A stretch of 64,000 bases of DNA from an uncultured Planctomycetia bacterium (GCA_964652265.1 CAZZAL010000004.1:590-64589), one strand, 5' to 3'. Positions 6,377 through 14,908 are shown, counted from the first letter of the stretch. Program-made: numbers and translations. The notes: generated from the sequence alone by a model not told the origin.

Positions 6377-7852
6377 ATGCGATACTTTCTTTATGCTCGT
6401 AAGTCCACAGATGAAGAAGATAGACAGATTCTATCAATCGAGGCGCAAGTGACGGAAGTCAAGGACTATGCCATAAAAGAGAATCTCCAAATCGCTCAGG
6501 AGTTCATCGAGTCAAAGTCAGCCAAGATTCCCGGTAGACCCATATTCAATGAGATGATGTCGCTCTTGCAGAAGGGCAAGGCCGATGCGATACTGTCATG
6601 GCATCCTGATAGACTCGCTCGTAACTCGCTTGATGGCGGTAAGATCATATATCTCGTTGATAAGGGTGTGATTGAAGACCTACGATTCCCTACGTATCGC
6701 TTCGATAACACCGCACAGGGTAAATTCATGCTATCCATCGCATTCGGTCAGAGTAAGTACTATATCGATAATCTCTCTGAGAATATCAAGCGAGGCATAC
6801 GTCAGAAGGTGCGTAACGGAGTATATCCGTCACTTGCGCCTGTCGGCTACCTGAACGATCCTAAGAGTCGCAATATCGTTATCGATAAGGATAAGGCGCC
6901 ACTGATTCGTAAGATCTTCGAACTATACGCTACAGGAGATTATACGCTTGATCGTCTCAAGGATACTGTCACCTCGATAGGCTTTAGAACCACTAACGAT
7001 AAGATGATAGGCGTAAGTAAGCTACGCCTTATCCTCATGAATCCTTTCTACTATGGCATGTTTAAGTATTGGGGTGAGACCTTCGAAGGAACTCACGAAC
7101 CAATTATTACAAAGAAACTTTTTGAAAAATGCCAGAGTGTTATGAAACGACGTGGTAAACCGAGAAAGGCCAAGCATCGATTTATCTTTCGTGGGGTTAT
7201 GAAGTGCGGTGAGTGCGGCCGGATGATCACGGCTGAGATACATAAAGACTATATATATTACAGGTGTACTAAGCGATATACGACCTGCTCGCAGAAGTAT
7301 ATACGAGAAGAAGCTCTGGCTAAACAAATTCGAGGCATTTTTCAAAAAGTTTCTTTGTGTGATGACTGGACATCCAAGATACTGCGAGAATTAGAGAAAG
7401 ATAGAGTTCGTGATGTCCAGTCATCACGTCCCCATCAGCAAAATCTCGAACGTGAGATAGCTAGTATAGACACCAAGATAAATAGACTTGTGGATATCTA
7501 CTTAGAAGACACCATTACTAAAGACGAATACACTAAAAAGAAAGAATCTCTCCTTAATAAAAAGAAGGATTTACAAGAAGCTCTACGAGATTTTGCTGAT
7601 GGGGACAATAATTGGTTCGAACAAGCAAGCTCCTTCGTAACGCTATTGAACCGAGCCGGTTACATCATGCGAGGGGGAAATTTAGAATCCCAGAAAGAAT
7701 TTCTGGAAAAGATTGGTTCGAACTTTATTTTAAAAGAGCGGCGATTGATTTTCTCGACGGAGGGAACCCTCCGCCTTTATCTTTCGCACACTCCATTTTC
7801 CACATGGTGGAGGCGGCGGAAATCGAATCCGCGTCCTCTAGTATCCCAATAA
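6377..7852 (+). CDS. large serine recombinase (resolvase catalytic domain + recombinase domain + zinc ribbon + coiled coil)
   Basis: The YARKSTDEEDRQILSIEAQ catalytic-Ser motif sits at the N-terminus, and CGECGRMITAEIHKDYIYYRC forms a zinc ribbon. I prefer the ATG at 6377 (AAAGGAG upstream) to the track start at 6362. The last 16 codons are antisense to the tmRNA 3' end. Confidence 0.85.
   Translation: MRYFLYARKSTDEEDRQILSIEAQVTEVKDYAIKENLQIAQEFIESKSAKIPGRPIFNEMMSLLQKGKADAILSWHPDRLARNSLDGGKIIYLVDKGVIEDLRFPTYRFDNTAQGKFMLSIAFGQSKYYIDNLSENIKRGIRQKVRNGVYPSLAPVGYLNDPKSRNIVIDKDKAPLIRKIFELYATGDYTLDRLKDTVTSIGFRTTNDKMIGVSKLRLILMNPFYYGMFKYWGETFEGTHEPIITKKLFEKCQSVMKRRGKPRKAKHRFIFRGVMKCGECGRMITAEIHKDYIYYRCTKRYTTCSQKYIREEALAKQIRGIFQKVSLCDDWTSKILRELEKDRVRDVQSSRPHQQNLEREIASIDTKINRLVDIYLEDTITKDEYTKKKESLLNKKKDLQEALRDFADGDNNWFEQASSFVTLLNRAGYIMRGGNLESQKEFLEKIGSNFILKERRLIFSTEGTLRLYLSHTPFSTWWRRRKSNPRPLVSQ
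7745..7773. repeat. right 29-nt inverted repeat of the recombinase cassette
   Basis: Plus strand reads TTGATTTTCtCGACGGAGGGAACCCTCCG. Its reverse complement, CGGAGGGTTCCCTCCGTCGaGAAAATCAA, matches the left copy with one mismatch. Confidence 0.7.
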
Positions 7853-8193
7853 CAGTATCTACATGTTTAGTCTACCTTTTAGTCTCGCTTGAAGAGCTCC
7901 GGTAAACGGGATATCATCAAGCAAAGCCCTTTTATGCTCCTCGCCATTTCCAAAAAGACGTAAAAGAAATAGCCAGCCTGCTAATGGCGCCTATCAAGTC
8001 CCGCAGGCAAGACCTGTAGGCGGGTTGCCTAATTAGGCAACAGCTAGCGCCTCGCTGGAGACAAGAATGCCTTCAGCTTCAGCTACTGCATTGTAGTTGG
8101 CGTTTAATTTGTGCCAGGTGTTTTTCGAGGCCTCCTGACAACCTCGACATGCTGCTCTTACCAAGCGTACCAAAGTCGAAACCTGTCGCCCCC
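7805..8193 (-). ncRNA. ssrA: tmRNA (SsrA)
   Basis: The 5' end GGGGGCGACAGGTTTCGAC pairs with the 3' end ...GGATTCGATTTCCGCCGCCTCCACCA, giving an acceptor stem with a G3:U pair and a T-arm. An internal tag ORF ends GCT GTT GCC TAA, with the stop in the loop of the hairpin GTTGCC-TAATTA-GGCAAC. Confidence 0.9.
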
Positions 8194-8200
8194 TCCTTTT

Positions 8201-8665
8201 TTATACTTTATACCTCTTTGCCCTTGCTATCACACGTTCTGCTTCTTTACGTTTTATAGCCTCACGTTTATCGTATTGCTTTTTTCCTTTTGCCACTGCT
8301 AGCTCAAGCTTGGCAAGTCCCTTCTTAAAATAGACATTTAAAGGGATCAATGGAAGGCGCTTCTGTAACAACTGAACCATAAGATAATCTATTTCTTTTC
8401 TATGTAAAAGTAATTTTTTGGGCCTTAATGGGTCTTGCTCTTTCTCGGCAGTATATTTATAAGGGCTTATATGCATATGATACAAGAAAATCTCGCTGCC
8501 CTCAACCTTAGCAAAGCTCTCGGCCAAGCTTGCCTTTCCTGCCCTTAATGACTTAACCTCACTTCCTTTTAGCTCAATGCCTGCCTCAAAGGCCTCCAGT
8601 ATAAAATAATCCCTTCTAGCCTTCCTGTTCGTAACCACCGCTTCTATCTTGTGTTTTTTCTTCAT
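8201..8665 (-). CDS. smpB: SsrA-binding protein SmpB
   Basis: NRKARRDYFILEAFEAGIELKGSEVKSLR...LLLHRKEI are SmpB signatures. I prefer the ATG at 8665 to the track start at 8704. The gene ends 7 nt before the ssrA 5' end. Confidence 0.9.
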   Translation of the reverse strand: MKKKHKIEAVVTNRKARRDYFILEAFEAGIELKGSEVKSLRAGKASLAESFAKVEGSEIFLYHMHISPYKYTAEKEQDPLRPKKLLLHRKEIDYLMVQLLQKRLPLIPLNVYFKKGLAKLELAVAKGKKQYDKREAIKRKEAERVIARAKRYKV

Positions 8666-8745
8666 ATGACATCTTAATATAGCAAGAAATCGCCTAAAAA
8701 TCAAGGCTAATATTGATTGGACAAATTGTAAATTAGATTGACAAA

Positions 8746-9933
8746 TTGTCCATTATCGTGTATACTTACAATGTGATAGAAAGAGACCTTTCTAAAAAAT
8801 TGCTTTCGGTGTCAAAGAGCTTTCCTGTGGTGACCATCATCGGACCGCGGCAATCTGGAAAAACTACGCTTGTCAAGATGGCCTTTCCTGATAAACCGTA
8901 TCTATCCATGGAAGATCTGGACACGCGGGAATACGCGACTAACGACCCTCGAGGATTTTTGTCGGATCACTCAAAGGGAGCTATCCTTGACGAGATCCAA
9001 CGAACACCTCAGCTCTTTTCCTATATTCAGACAAATGTAGACACATACAATAAACCCGGGAGATTCATATTAACAGGTTCGCGGCACTTCCTACTTCAGG
9101 AAAATATATCACAAACATTGGCTGGAAGAGTTGCTATTTTAAAACTATTGCCTTTCAGTCTAAATGAACTGAATAAGACACAATTTAGATTTAGCAATTA
9201 TGAAGAATACTTATTTAAAGGGTTGTATCCTAGGATCTATGATAAAAAGATAAGCCCCCTTGACTGGTATCCTAATTATATACAGACATACCTTGAAAGA
9301 GATTTGCGGCTCATAAAAAACATCAATGACCTCAGCGCGTTCCAAACCTTTCTTAAAATGTGCTCTGCACGTATTGGACAGCTCTTAAACTTATCTGCTC
9401 TTGCGGCAGACTGCGGCATCACCCACAATACCGCCAAATCATGGATTTCTGTTCTTGAGGCAAGTTTTATCGCATTCCTTTTGCGGCCGCACCATAAAAA
9501 TTTCAATAAGCGTCTGGTCAAGATGCCTAAACTGTACTTTTTTGACACTGGCATAGCCTGTTCTCTTCTTGGAATAGAGAGCAAAAAACAATTGCAGACA
9601 CATTCACTTAAAGGAAATATTTTCGAATCTTTTGTGCTTTCCGAAATACTTAAAAACAGGTACAATAAGGGCTCTGATTCTAATATCTATTTCTGGCGCG
9701 ACAAGACAGGGCATGAGATAGATTGCGTAATAGAAAAATCTAATAAGCTACTCCCTGTTGAGATAAAATCAGGAAAAACGTTGACAAAAGACCAGTTTAA
9801 AAATCTAATATACTGGAATAAGCTATCTAAAGGAAATGCTAAAGATTCTTACATCGTATATGGAGGGGATTTAACGCAAAAACGCTCTTGCGGCAACCTT
9901 ATCGGCTGGAAAAATATCAATTCTTTTCTATAA
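8746..9933 (+). CDS. AAA+ ATPase with a C-terminal DUF4143-like domain (COG1373-type)
   Basis: Walker A GPRQSGKTTL, with length and layout typical of AAA_14/DUF4143 proteins. The start is uncertain: TTG at 8746, or GTG at 8773 which gives MIERDLSKKL... Confidence 0.7.
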   Translation: MSIIVYTYNVIERDLSKKLLSVSKSFPVVTIIGPRQSGKTTLVKMAFPDKPYLSMEDLDTREYATNDPRGFLSDHSKGAILDEIQRTPQLFSYIQTNVDTYNKPGRFILTGSRHFLLQENISQTLAGRVAILKLLPFSLNELNKTQFRFSNYEEYLFKGLYPRIYDKKISPLDWYPNYIQTYLERDLRLIKNINDLSAFQTFLKMCSARIGQLLNLSALAADCGITHNTAKSWISVLEASFIAFLLRPHHKNFNKRLVKMPKLYFFDTGIACSLLGIESKKQLQTHSLKGNIFESFVLSEILKNRYNKGSDSNIYFWRDKTGHEIDCVIEKSNKLLPVEIKSGKTLTKDQFKNLIYWNKLSKGNAKDSYIVYGGDLTQKRSCGNLIGWKNINSFL

Positions 9934-10020
9934 GCGGAAGTGGCGGAACTGGCAGACGCGCAGGCCTCAGAAGTCTGTGAGCGCAAGCTCATGTGGGTTC
10001 AACTCCCACCTTCCGCACCA
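9934..10020 (+). tRNA. tRNA-Leu (anticodon CAG), type II with a long variable arm and an encoded CCA
   Basis: Folded by hand. Acceptor GCGGAAG/CTTCCGC, D stem GCG/CGC, anticodon stem CAGGC/GTCTG with loop CTCAGAA, variable arm TGAGCGCAAGCTCAT, T arm GTGGG-TTCAACT-CCCAC. Confidence 0.95.
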
Positions 10021-10054
10021 TTGAATACAAAATCTCCATTATTGTAGGAATATT

Positions 10055-10084
10055 ATAGGAAAATTTTCCTATTTTTACTCTTTT
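10055..10084 (+). terminator. weak AT-rich hairpin plus T-run downstream of tRNA-Leu
   Basis: The palindrome ATAGGAAAATTTTCCTAT is followed by TTTTACTCTTTT. Confidence 0.35.
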
Positions 10085-10107
10085 ATGTCAGCCAATAAGG
10101 GTGTTTT

Positions 10108-10776
10108 TTATTTTGTACAGATAAACACAAAATGGTTTGATAAATAAAATGGTATGAGAAAATTGCGCAACCAACTCACTATGGGTTTGTTGAATTTATT
10201 ATGACGGGTTATTGTTAATATAGATAACCCGGCATTCTCGATCAAATCTTTCCACTCTTTAAAGGAATAAAGGGCCTCTATTTCCTGATGTTTAACCGAT
10301 CCGGAGCCTTTTCTTAAAGTCTCCCAAATAAACTTATAATAATAAATATTTGGGGTTGCAATGGCGATTTTTCCGCCTTTTTTCACTACACGCTTTACCT
10401 CTTTGAGTATCTGCGGAATAGATGGATAATGTTCAATTACTCCCCAGGCTGTAAGATAATCAAATTCATCGTCATTAAAAGGTAAAACATTTGTATCTAT
10501 GCAAATTATTTGCTCAGATTTTCTAACTCTTTTTTTTGCAAATTCGGATGCGTTTTTAGAGATATCAATGCCCCACAGGTCAAGTCCGCTTTCTTTTAAT
10601 GCTTTTAAGAACGTTCCTGTACCACATCCTACATCCAATAGTTTTTTCCCTGGTTTAGGACAAACTAGTCTTTTGTAAAATTTATTTTGTCTAATTACGG
10701 ATGGAGATAACGTATCGGCTTGACTATTAAAATTTAATTTCTTATAATAAAATTTGTCGTAAAAATTATCACTCAC
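10108..10776 (-). CDS. class I SAM-dependent methyltransferase
   Basis: 222 aa with motif I LLDVGCGTG and a later IAIATPN segment. Confidence 0.7.
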   Translation of the reverse strand: MSDNFYDKFYYKKLNFNSQADTLSPSVIRQNKFYKRLVCPKPGKKLLDVGCGTGTFLKALKESGLDLWGIDISKNASEFAKKRVRKSEQIICIDTNVLPFNDDEFDYLTAWGVIEHYPSIPQILKEVKRVVKKGGKIAIATPNIYYYKFIWETLRKGSGSVKHQEIEALYSFKEWKDLIENAGLSILTITRHNKFNKPIVSWLRNFLIPFYLSNHFVFICTK

Positions 10777-11026
10777 TTGTGAATCCTTTTTTTTGAAAAA
10801 ACCTCTATTATGGAAACTTAATATGTTCCGTTAGTATCTATTTCTTTTACCACGCCTTTGTGGTTAAGTATTTATATAATACTACTATAGTGCTTAAAAA
10901 ACAAGCTAAAACAAAGCCGGCTAAATCTCTATGCCTTCTATTTACTATATTTCCTATTAATCTATTGCTGGGGTAAAAATATAATGGTACAATATTTCTA
11001 TAATAAGCTTTATAAAAAGGAGGCTA

Positions 11027-11383
11027 ATGATGTTTAAAAATCTATTTAATTTTTCTTATAAGAGAACGCCTCTGGAAGCATTGGGTTTTTATATTGCCTA
11101 CATGGTTATTATTATTGTTGTTATTTTTCTTGTGGGAAGTACCGTGGGCCAGCTTACAGGCACAAGGGGGAACTTTTCGCTTTTAGCCATAATCCCGGGA
11201 GTCCTACTTGCTGCTATATTTTGCCTGGTCTTGTCATTTATGGTTCTGGTCAAGAAAAAACTTACAGGCAATATCTTTTATGTAATCCTTGCTGTTATCT
11301 CAGGTATTTTAGGCACCTTGATAGTTGGATCTATTGGATTAATAATAACCTCGTTTCTTACCACGAGAGAATCCAAGACTTAA
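11027..11383 (+). CDS. small integral membrane protein (hypothetical)
   Basis: 118 aa with 3-4 predicted TM helices. AAAGGAGG lies upstream of the ATG. Confidence 0.5.
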   Translation: MMFKNLFNFSYKRTPLEALGFYIAYMVIIIVVIFLVGSTVGQLTGTRGNFSLLAIIPGVLLAAIFCLVLSFMVLVKKKLTGNIFYVILAVISGILGTLIVGSIGLIITSFLTTRESKT

Positions 11384-11422
11384 AACTCATCCATATCTAC
11401 TCCAAAATCACTCCAGGATATT

Positions 11423-11935
11423 CTAATTAAAGAGAGATTTTACTTTAGGGCGGGTAAAGTAGTAAATAAAAGCTACTGCGAAACCAATATCAATGATATA
11501 TACTACGGCCACGGAAGACCAAAGTGATATCTTGAAAACTAATTCACGGGTCAGGATATCTATCGGGGGCATCGTGCTCAAAACATCTTGAGTGGCTTTT
11601 TCAGCAATATCTTTCAATCTAAAAAACGGGTGCTTCCACGGCATAATGCAAATAGTTATAAAACAAAGTAAAAGGCCTATCTTTCTAAAGATATCTTTTA
11701 AGAATAAAATTCCCGCAGCCGAAGCTAGCACCAAAAATCTATTAATAATTGAGAGAAAATACCGAATCCTTGCAAATGTCTCTGGCAAGAATCTAACAGT
11801 AGTCCTGTAATAATCGTAATTCAAATGTGCCATCGACCAGATAAGCGTGCTCAAAATAAGCAAAATTGCGAATATAATAACGCCCGGAAATCTTTTTCTA
11901 TCTATCAGCTTTTCCTTTTTTTGGGGATTATCCAT
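11423..11935 (-). CDS. integral membrane protein (hypothetical)
   Basis: 170 aa with several hydrophobic helices and no recognised motifs. Confidence 0.5.
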   Translation of the reverse strand: MDNPQKKEKLIDRKRFPGVIIFAILLILSTLIWSMAHLNYDYYRTTVRFLPETFARIRYFLSIINRFLVLASAAGILFLKDIFRKIGLLLCFITICIMPWKHPFFRLKDIAEKATQDVLSTMPPIDILTRELVFKISLWSSVAVVYIIDIGFAVAFIYYFTRPKVKSLFN

Positions 11936-11960
11936 AATAATAAACTCTTTTATGTGTCAG

Positions 11961-11992
11961 AAAAAGCCTCGCACCCATTAAGATGCGAGGCT
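11961..11992 (-). terminator. rho-independent terminator-like hairpin (AGCCTCGCA-10 nt-TGCGAGGCT followed by TTTTT on the minus strand)
   Basis: Read directly. It lies 129 nt downstream of the pfkA stop and only 26 nt upstream of the ATG at 11935. Confidence 0.65.
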
Positions 11993-12120
11993 TACTGGCA
12001 ACTGCACCTCTCCGACAAGGTAGCCGAGCTACCGAAAAGAAGCTCGTTTAAGCTGCCATTACTTTTATGCCACAAAATTCTACCGATGTCAAACTTATTG
12101 CTCTCTCTGGCAGGAAAAAA

Positions 12121-13209
12121 CTACACAGCAAATGAGCTCCCAACAGCAAGGGCTGACTTGATAATAGGATCTTTTGGGTCTACCCTTCTTATAGATTTAA
12201 CTGCATCTTTTAAATCAACTGCCGTAATATTCTTACCCCTAAAAGCTACCATCTTGCCAAAATCACCTCTTGCCACTAAGTCACAAGCATATGTACCTAA
12301 GCGAGTTGCGAGCATCCTGTCAAAAGGGGAAGGAACTCCGCCTCTCTGGAGATGACCAAGGATAGTCACTCTTGCTTCAAGCCCAGTATTTTTCTCGATA
12401 TCCATGGCTATCTTACTTCCTATCCCGCCAAGACGAAGAGGTTCTGCAGAACCTTTGACAATCTTTTTTACAACCATCCGGCCGCCCTTTGGTCTAGCTC
12501 CCTCTGCTATGACAACTATACTAAATCTCTTGCCATGCTTGTATCTTTCCATGACCTTCTGGCATACTTTTTTAATATCATAAGGTATCTCGGGTATTAT
12601 GATTATATCGCCTCCACCTGCTACTCCCGCATAAAGCGTAAGCCATCCAGCATACCTGCCCATTAGCTCGATCACCATTACTCTGTGATGGGACTGTGCT
12701 GTTGTATGAAGCTTATCTATCGCCTCGGTCGCTGTTATTACTGCAGAATCAAAACCAATAGTCACGTCAGTTGCCCGCAAATCATTATCTATAGTTTTGG
12801 GTATCCCAACTAGATCCAAGCCTTTTTTGTAGAGCTTATTGGCTACGGTAAGAGTACCATCCCCGCCTATACAGACAAGACCGTTTAATCCCATCATCTT
12901 GACATTCCTTAATACTGCGCCGGAAAGATCTTTGGGTTTACCGCTATTGGAATGATATCTAAAAGGATTTGCTTTGTTGGATGCGCCAAGAAAAGTGCCA
13001 CCCTCTGTCAGAATACCTGATACATCTTCATAGCAAAGGGGAATACTCTTATTCTCTACAAGGCCTTCGTAGCCATCCTTTATGCCAATGACCTCCATTC
13101 CGTAATTAAGAATGGCTGTCTTCGTCACTGCCCTTATCGCAGCATTTAAACCAGGGCAATCGCCTCCGCCCGTCAGAACGCCTATTCTTTTATTAGCTGC
13201 GCCTGGCAT
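12121..13209 (-). CDS. pfkA: ATP-dependent 6-phosphofructokinase
   Basis: GVLTGGGDCPGLNAAIR, GGDGT, PKTIDNDL and MGR motifs are present. GGDGT (rather than GGDD) suggests the ATP-dependent type. Confidence 0.85.
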   Translation of the reverse strand: MPGAANKRIGVLTGGGDCPGLNAAIRAVTKTAILNYGMEVIGIKDGYEGLVENKSIPLCYEDVSGILTEGGTFLGASNKANPFRYHSNSGKPKDLSGAVLRNVKMMGLNGLVCIGGDGTLTVANKLYKKGLDLVGIPKTIDNDLRATDVTIGFDSAVITATEAIDKLHTTAQSHHRVMVIELMGRYAGWLTLYAGVAGGGDIIIIPEIPYDIKKVCQKVMERYKHGKRFSIVVIAEGARPKGGRMVVKKIVKGSAEPLRLGGIGSKIAMDIEKNTGLEARVTILGHLQRGGVPSPFDRMLATRLGTYACDLVARGDFGKMVAFRGKNITAVDLKDAVKSIRRVDPKDPIIKSALAVGSSFAV

Positions 13210-13260
13210 GACGTTTGCCTTTTCTTTTCTTTTTAAGCTTTGCTCTTCTTTTTTTTCGCG

Positions 13261-13617
13261 TCATTTTTTCTCCAGTCTTTTCTCCATCTCATCAAGGATC
13301 CTGTTTATCCCTTCAGCAATAGACTTCAATTCATCCTTTTTTCTAAACCTTATCCTTATTGAAAAATTTCCCTTTGCTATATCCTGCAGGTCCTTTTCCA
13401 GTCGATAAACAGGTCCGGCCAGACGATGAGATAAGATCAAGACACGCCAAGAAAGTAATATAACTGCAACAGTACAAACAACTAAAACAACTGGATTAAA
13501 CTTGAAATAATATAAGAATGCAAAAATGAAGACAAGAGGAAAGATCATCCATTCTAAAAAAAAGCTGGCCTGCAATCTTTTGTTTACAAGGTAACGCCTT
13601 CTCCTCTTTTTAGCCAT
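13261..13617 (-). CDS. small membrane protein with a HAMP domain only
   Basis: 118 aa. Two TM helices are followed by RLAGPVYRLEKDLQDIAKGNFSIRIRFRKKDELKSIAEGINRILDEME, which is HAMP-like. Confidence 0.6.
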   Translation of the reverse strand: MAKKRRRRYLVNKRLQASFFLEWMIFPLVFIFAFLYYFKFNPVVLVVCTVAVILLSWRVLILSHRLAGPVYRLEKDLQDIAKGNFSIRIRFRKKDELKSIAEGINRILDEMEKRLEKK

Positions 13618-13636
13618 GTGATCCCAGATACAAGCC

Positions 13637-14002
13637 CTATAAGCTTTTTATTGAAACAAGCACACCATTATGATACATCTCTACCCGATAATCCTTAATA
13701 TACCCGTACCTATCTCTGTATACCTTTGGTACGCGTATCTCTGTCTTATGCCAACCCTTTTTAAGATTATTGTGGCCGGCACTCGTAAAAGAAAGCTCTA
13801 CATCCTTGCTGAATGTGCATAATAGCTTAAAGATCAACCCATCCGTCCACTTGTCCTTTGTCTGATAATTTATCTTAAAGAAGTAGCCTTTTGATGTGCG
13901 AATCTTACTTAAGCTCTCTATGAAAGAATTAGACGCAAGGGAAGGACGAGCAAAAAAAAGAAATAGCGCCACTATTATTACTATGCGAGAAGTCTTATGC
14001 AT
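13637..14002 (-). CDS. secreted hypothetical protein
   Basis: 121 aa with the signal peptide IVIIVALFLFFARPSLA. Confidence 0.5.
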   Translation of the reverse strand: MHKTSRIVIIVALFLFFARPSLASNSFIESLSKIRTSKGYFFKINYQTKDKWTDGLIFKLLCTFSKDVELSFTSAGHNNLKKGWHKTEIRVPKVYRDRYGYIKDYRVEMYHNGVLVSIKSL

Positions 14003-14128
14003 ATTCTTTCTAAATTATACTGTCAGAACAGGAAATAGTCAAGATTTTTTGGTCACCATCCGTCTGCGTCTTATGTCAACATCTCTCCAGATTATTCAAA
14101 GAACTACCTATCCCTTAGCACGCCCCCC

Positions 14129-14908
14129 CTACAATATTTCCATCTGAGAAGGGTCACAGAGTACTATCTCGTAAGTACCCTTGTATTCCTTTATCACACC
14201 GTACACCCTTATTGTCTTATACTTAAAGTAGCTCTCAGGTGAACGCAAAACCTCTTTTGGAAAAGACTCCAGGTTATTCCTGAATATAATTACCTTGAAA
14301 TTATTCTTGCAGTTCAATATCAAGACTTTCTCCGAAAGAAATGTATCGTAAACCTGAGTTTCTACCATCCTGAGCATACCCACATTCTGCTTGACCTGAG
14401 AAGAAGATATGGCATTAGACTCTAAACCGCTCCACAAACCTCTCTTATTCTCCCTTGCAAATCTCTGCGCCTCTAAAAACTCCTCCGCATATTTTATGTT
14501 CGGCGGGTAGGCATATATCATCGCGTAGCCCTCTTTGACCATCTCAAGATTGACCATTCTTTCTCCGACATATACATAGGCAAGGAGACGGCCATATTTA
14601 TCATTTTTTTGGACATCAAATTCCAGGCGAATAGACTTACCCTCTACAAGCCTTTGATTAAAATCCTTTGCCTCTTTTGCATAAGGCCTTGGGTTATAGA
14701 ACCATCCCAAGCCCTTTCTTTCGCGCACCTCTGGTGTATCTATGCCTATATATCTCACCCTCTGGCCATTTGAAAGTTCTATAGTATCGCCATCGATTAT
14801 ATGCGATACATATAATCCATCCTGATAACTGCGTGGAACAATACCTGCCCTGGCCAATAATAATACAAAAGCCATGAAAATTACTACGGCAAGATAAATC
14901 TTTTTCAT
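14129..14908 (-). CDS. secreted thermonuclease (SNase) family protein with a C-terminal OB-like extension
   Basis: Signal anchor, then DGDTIELSNGQRVRYIGIDTPE and RLLAYVYV motifs of staphylococcal-nuclease homologues. ATGA overlap with the upstream PilZ gene. Confidence 0.75.
   Translation of the reverse strand: MKKIYLAVVIFMAFVLLLARAGIVPRSYQDGLYVSHIIDGDTIELSNGQRVRYIGIDTPEVRERKGLGWFYNPRPYAKEAKDFNQRLVEGKSIRLEFDVQKNDKYGRLLAYVYVGERMVNLEMVKEGYAMIYAYPPNIKYAEEFLEAQRFARENKRGLWSGLESNAISSSQVKQNVGMLRMVETQVYDTFLSEKVLILNCKNNFKVIIFRNNLESFPKEVLRSPESYFKYKTIRVYGVIKEYKGTYEIVLCDPSQMEIL

Larger units (their letters stand above)
6282..7773 (+). mobile_element. ~1.5-kb cassette carrying only a large serine recombinase gene, bounded by 29-nt inverted repeats (candidate invertible segment or IS-like unit)
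   Basis: The repeats match at 28 of 29 positions in inverted orientation. By eye the cassette carries more CG-containing codons than its flanks (not computed). It abuts ssrA. Confidence 0.4.

Noticed and set aside
11825-12355. 176-aa plus-strand ORF spanning the pfkA 3' region
   Set aside because: It runs antisense across the pfkA C-terminus and the terminator hairpin. pfkA is unambiguous.
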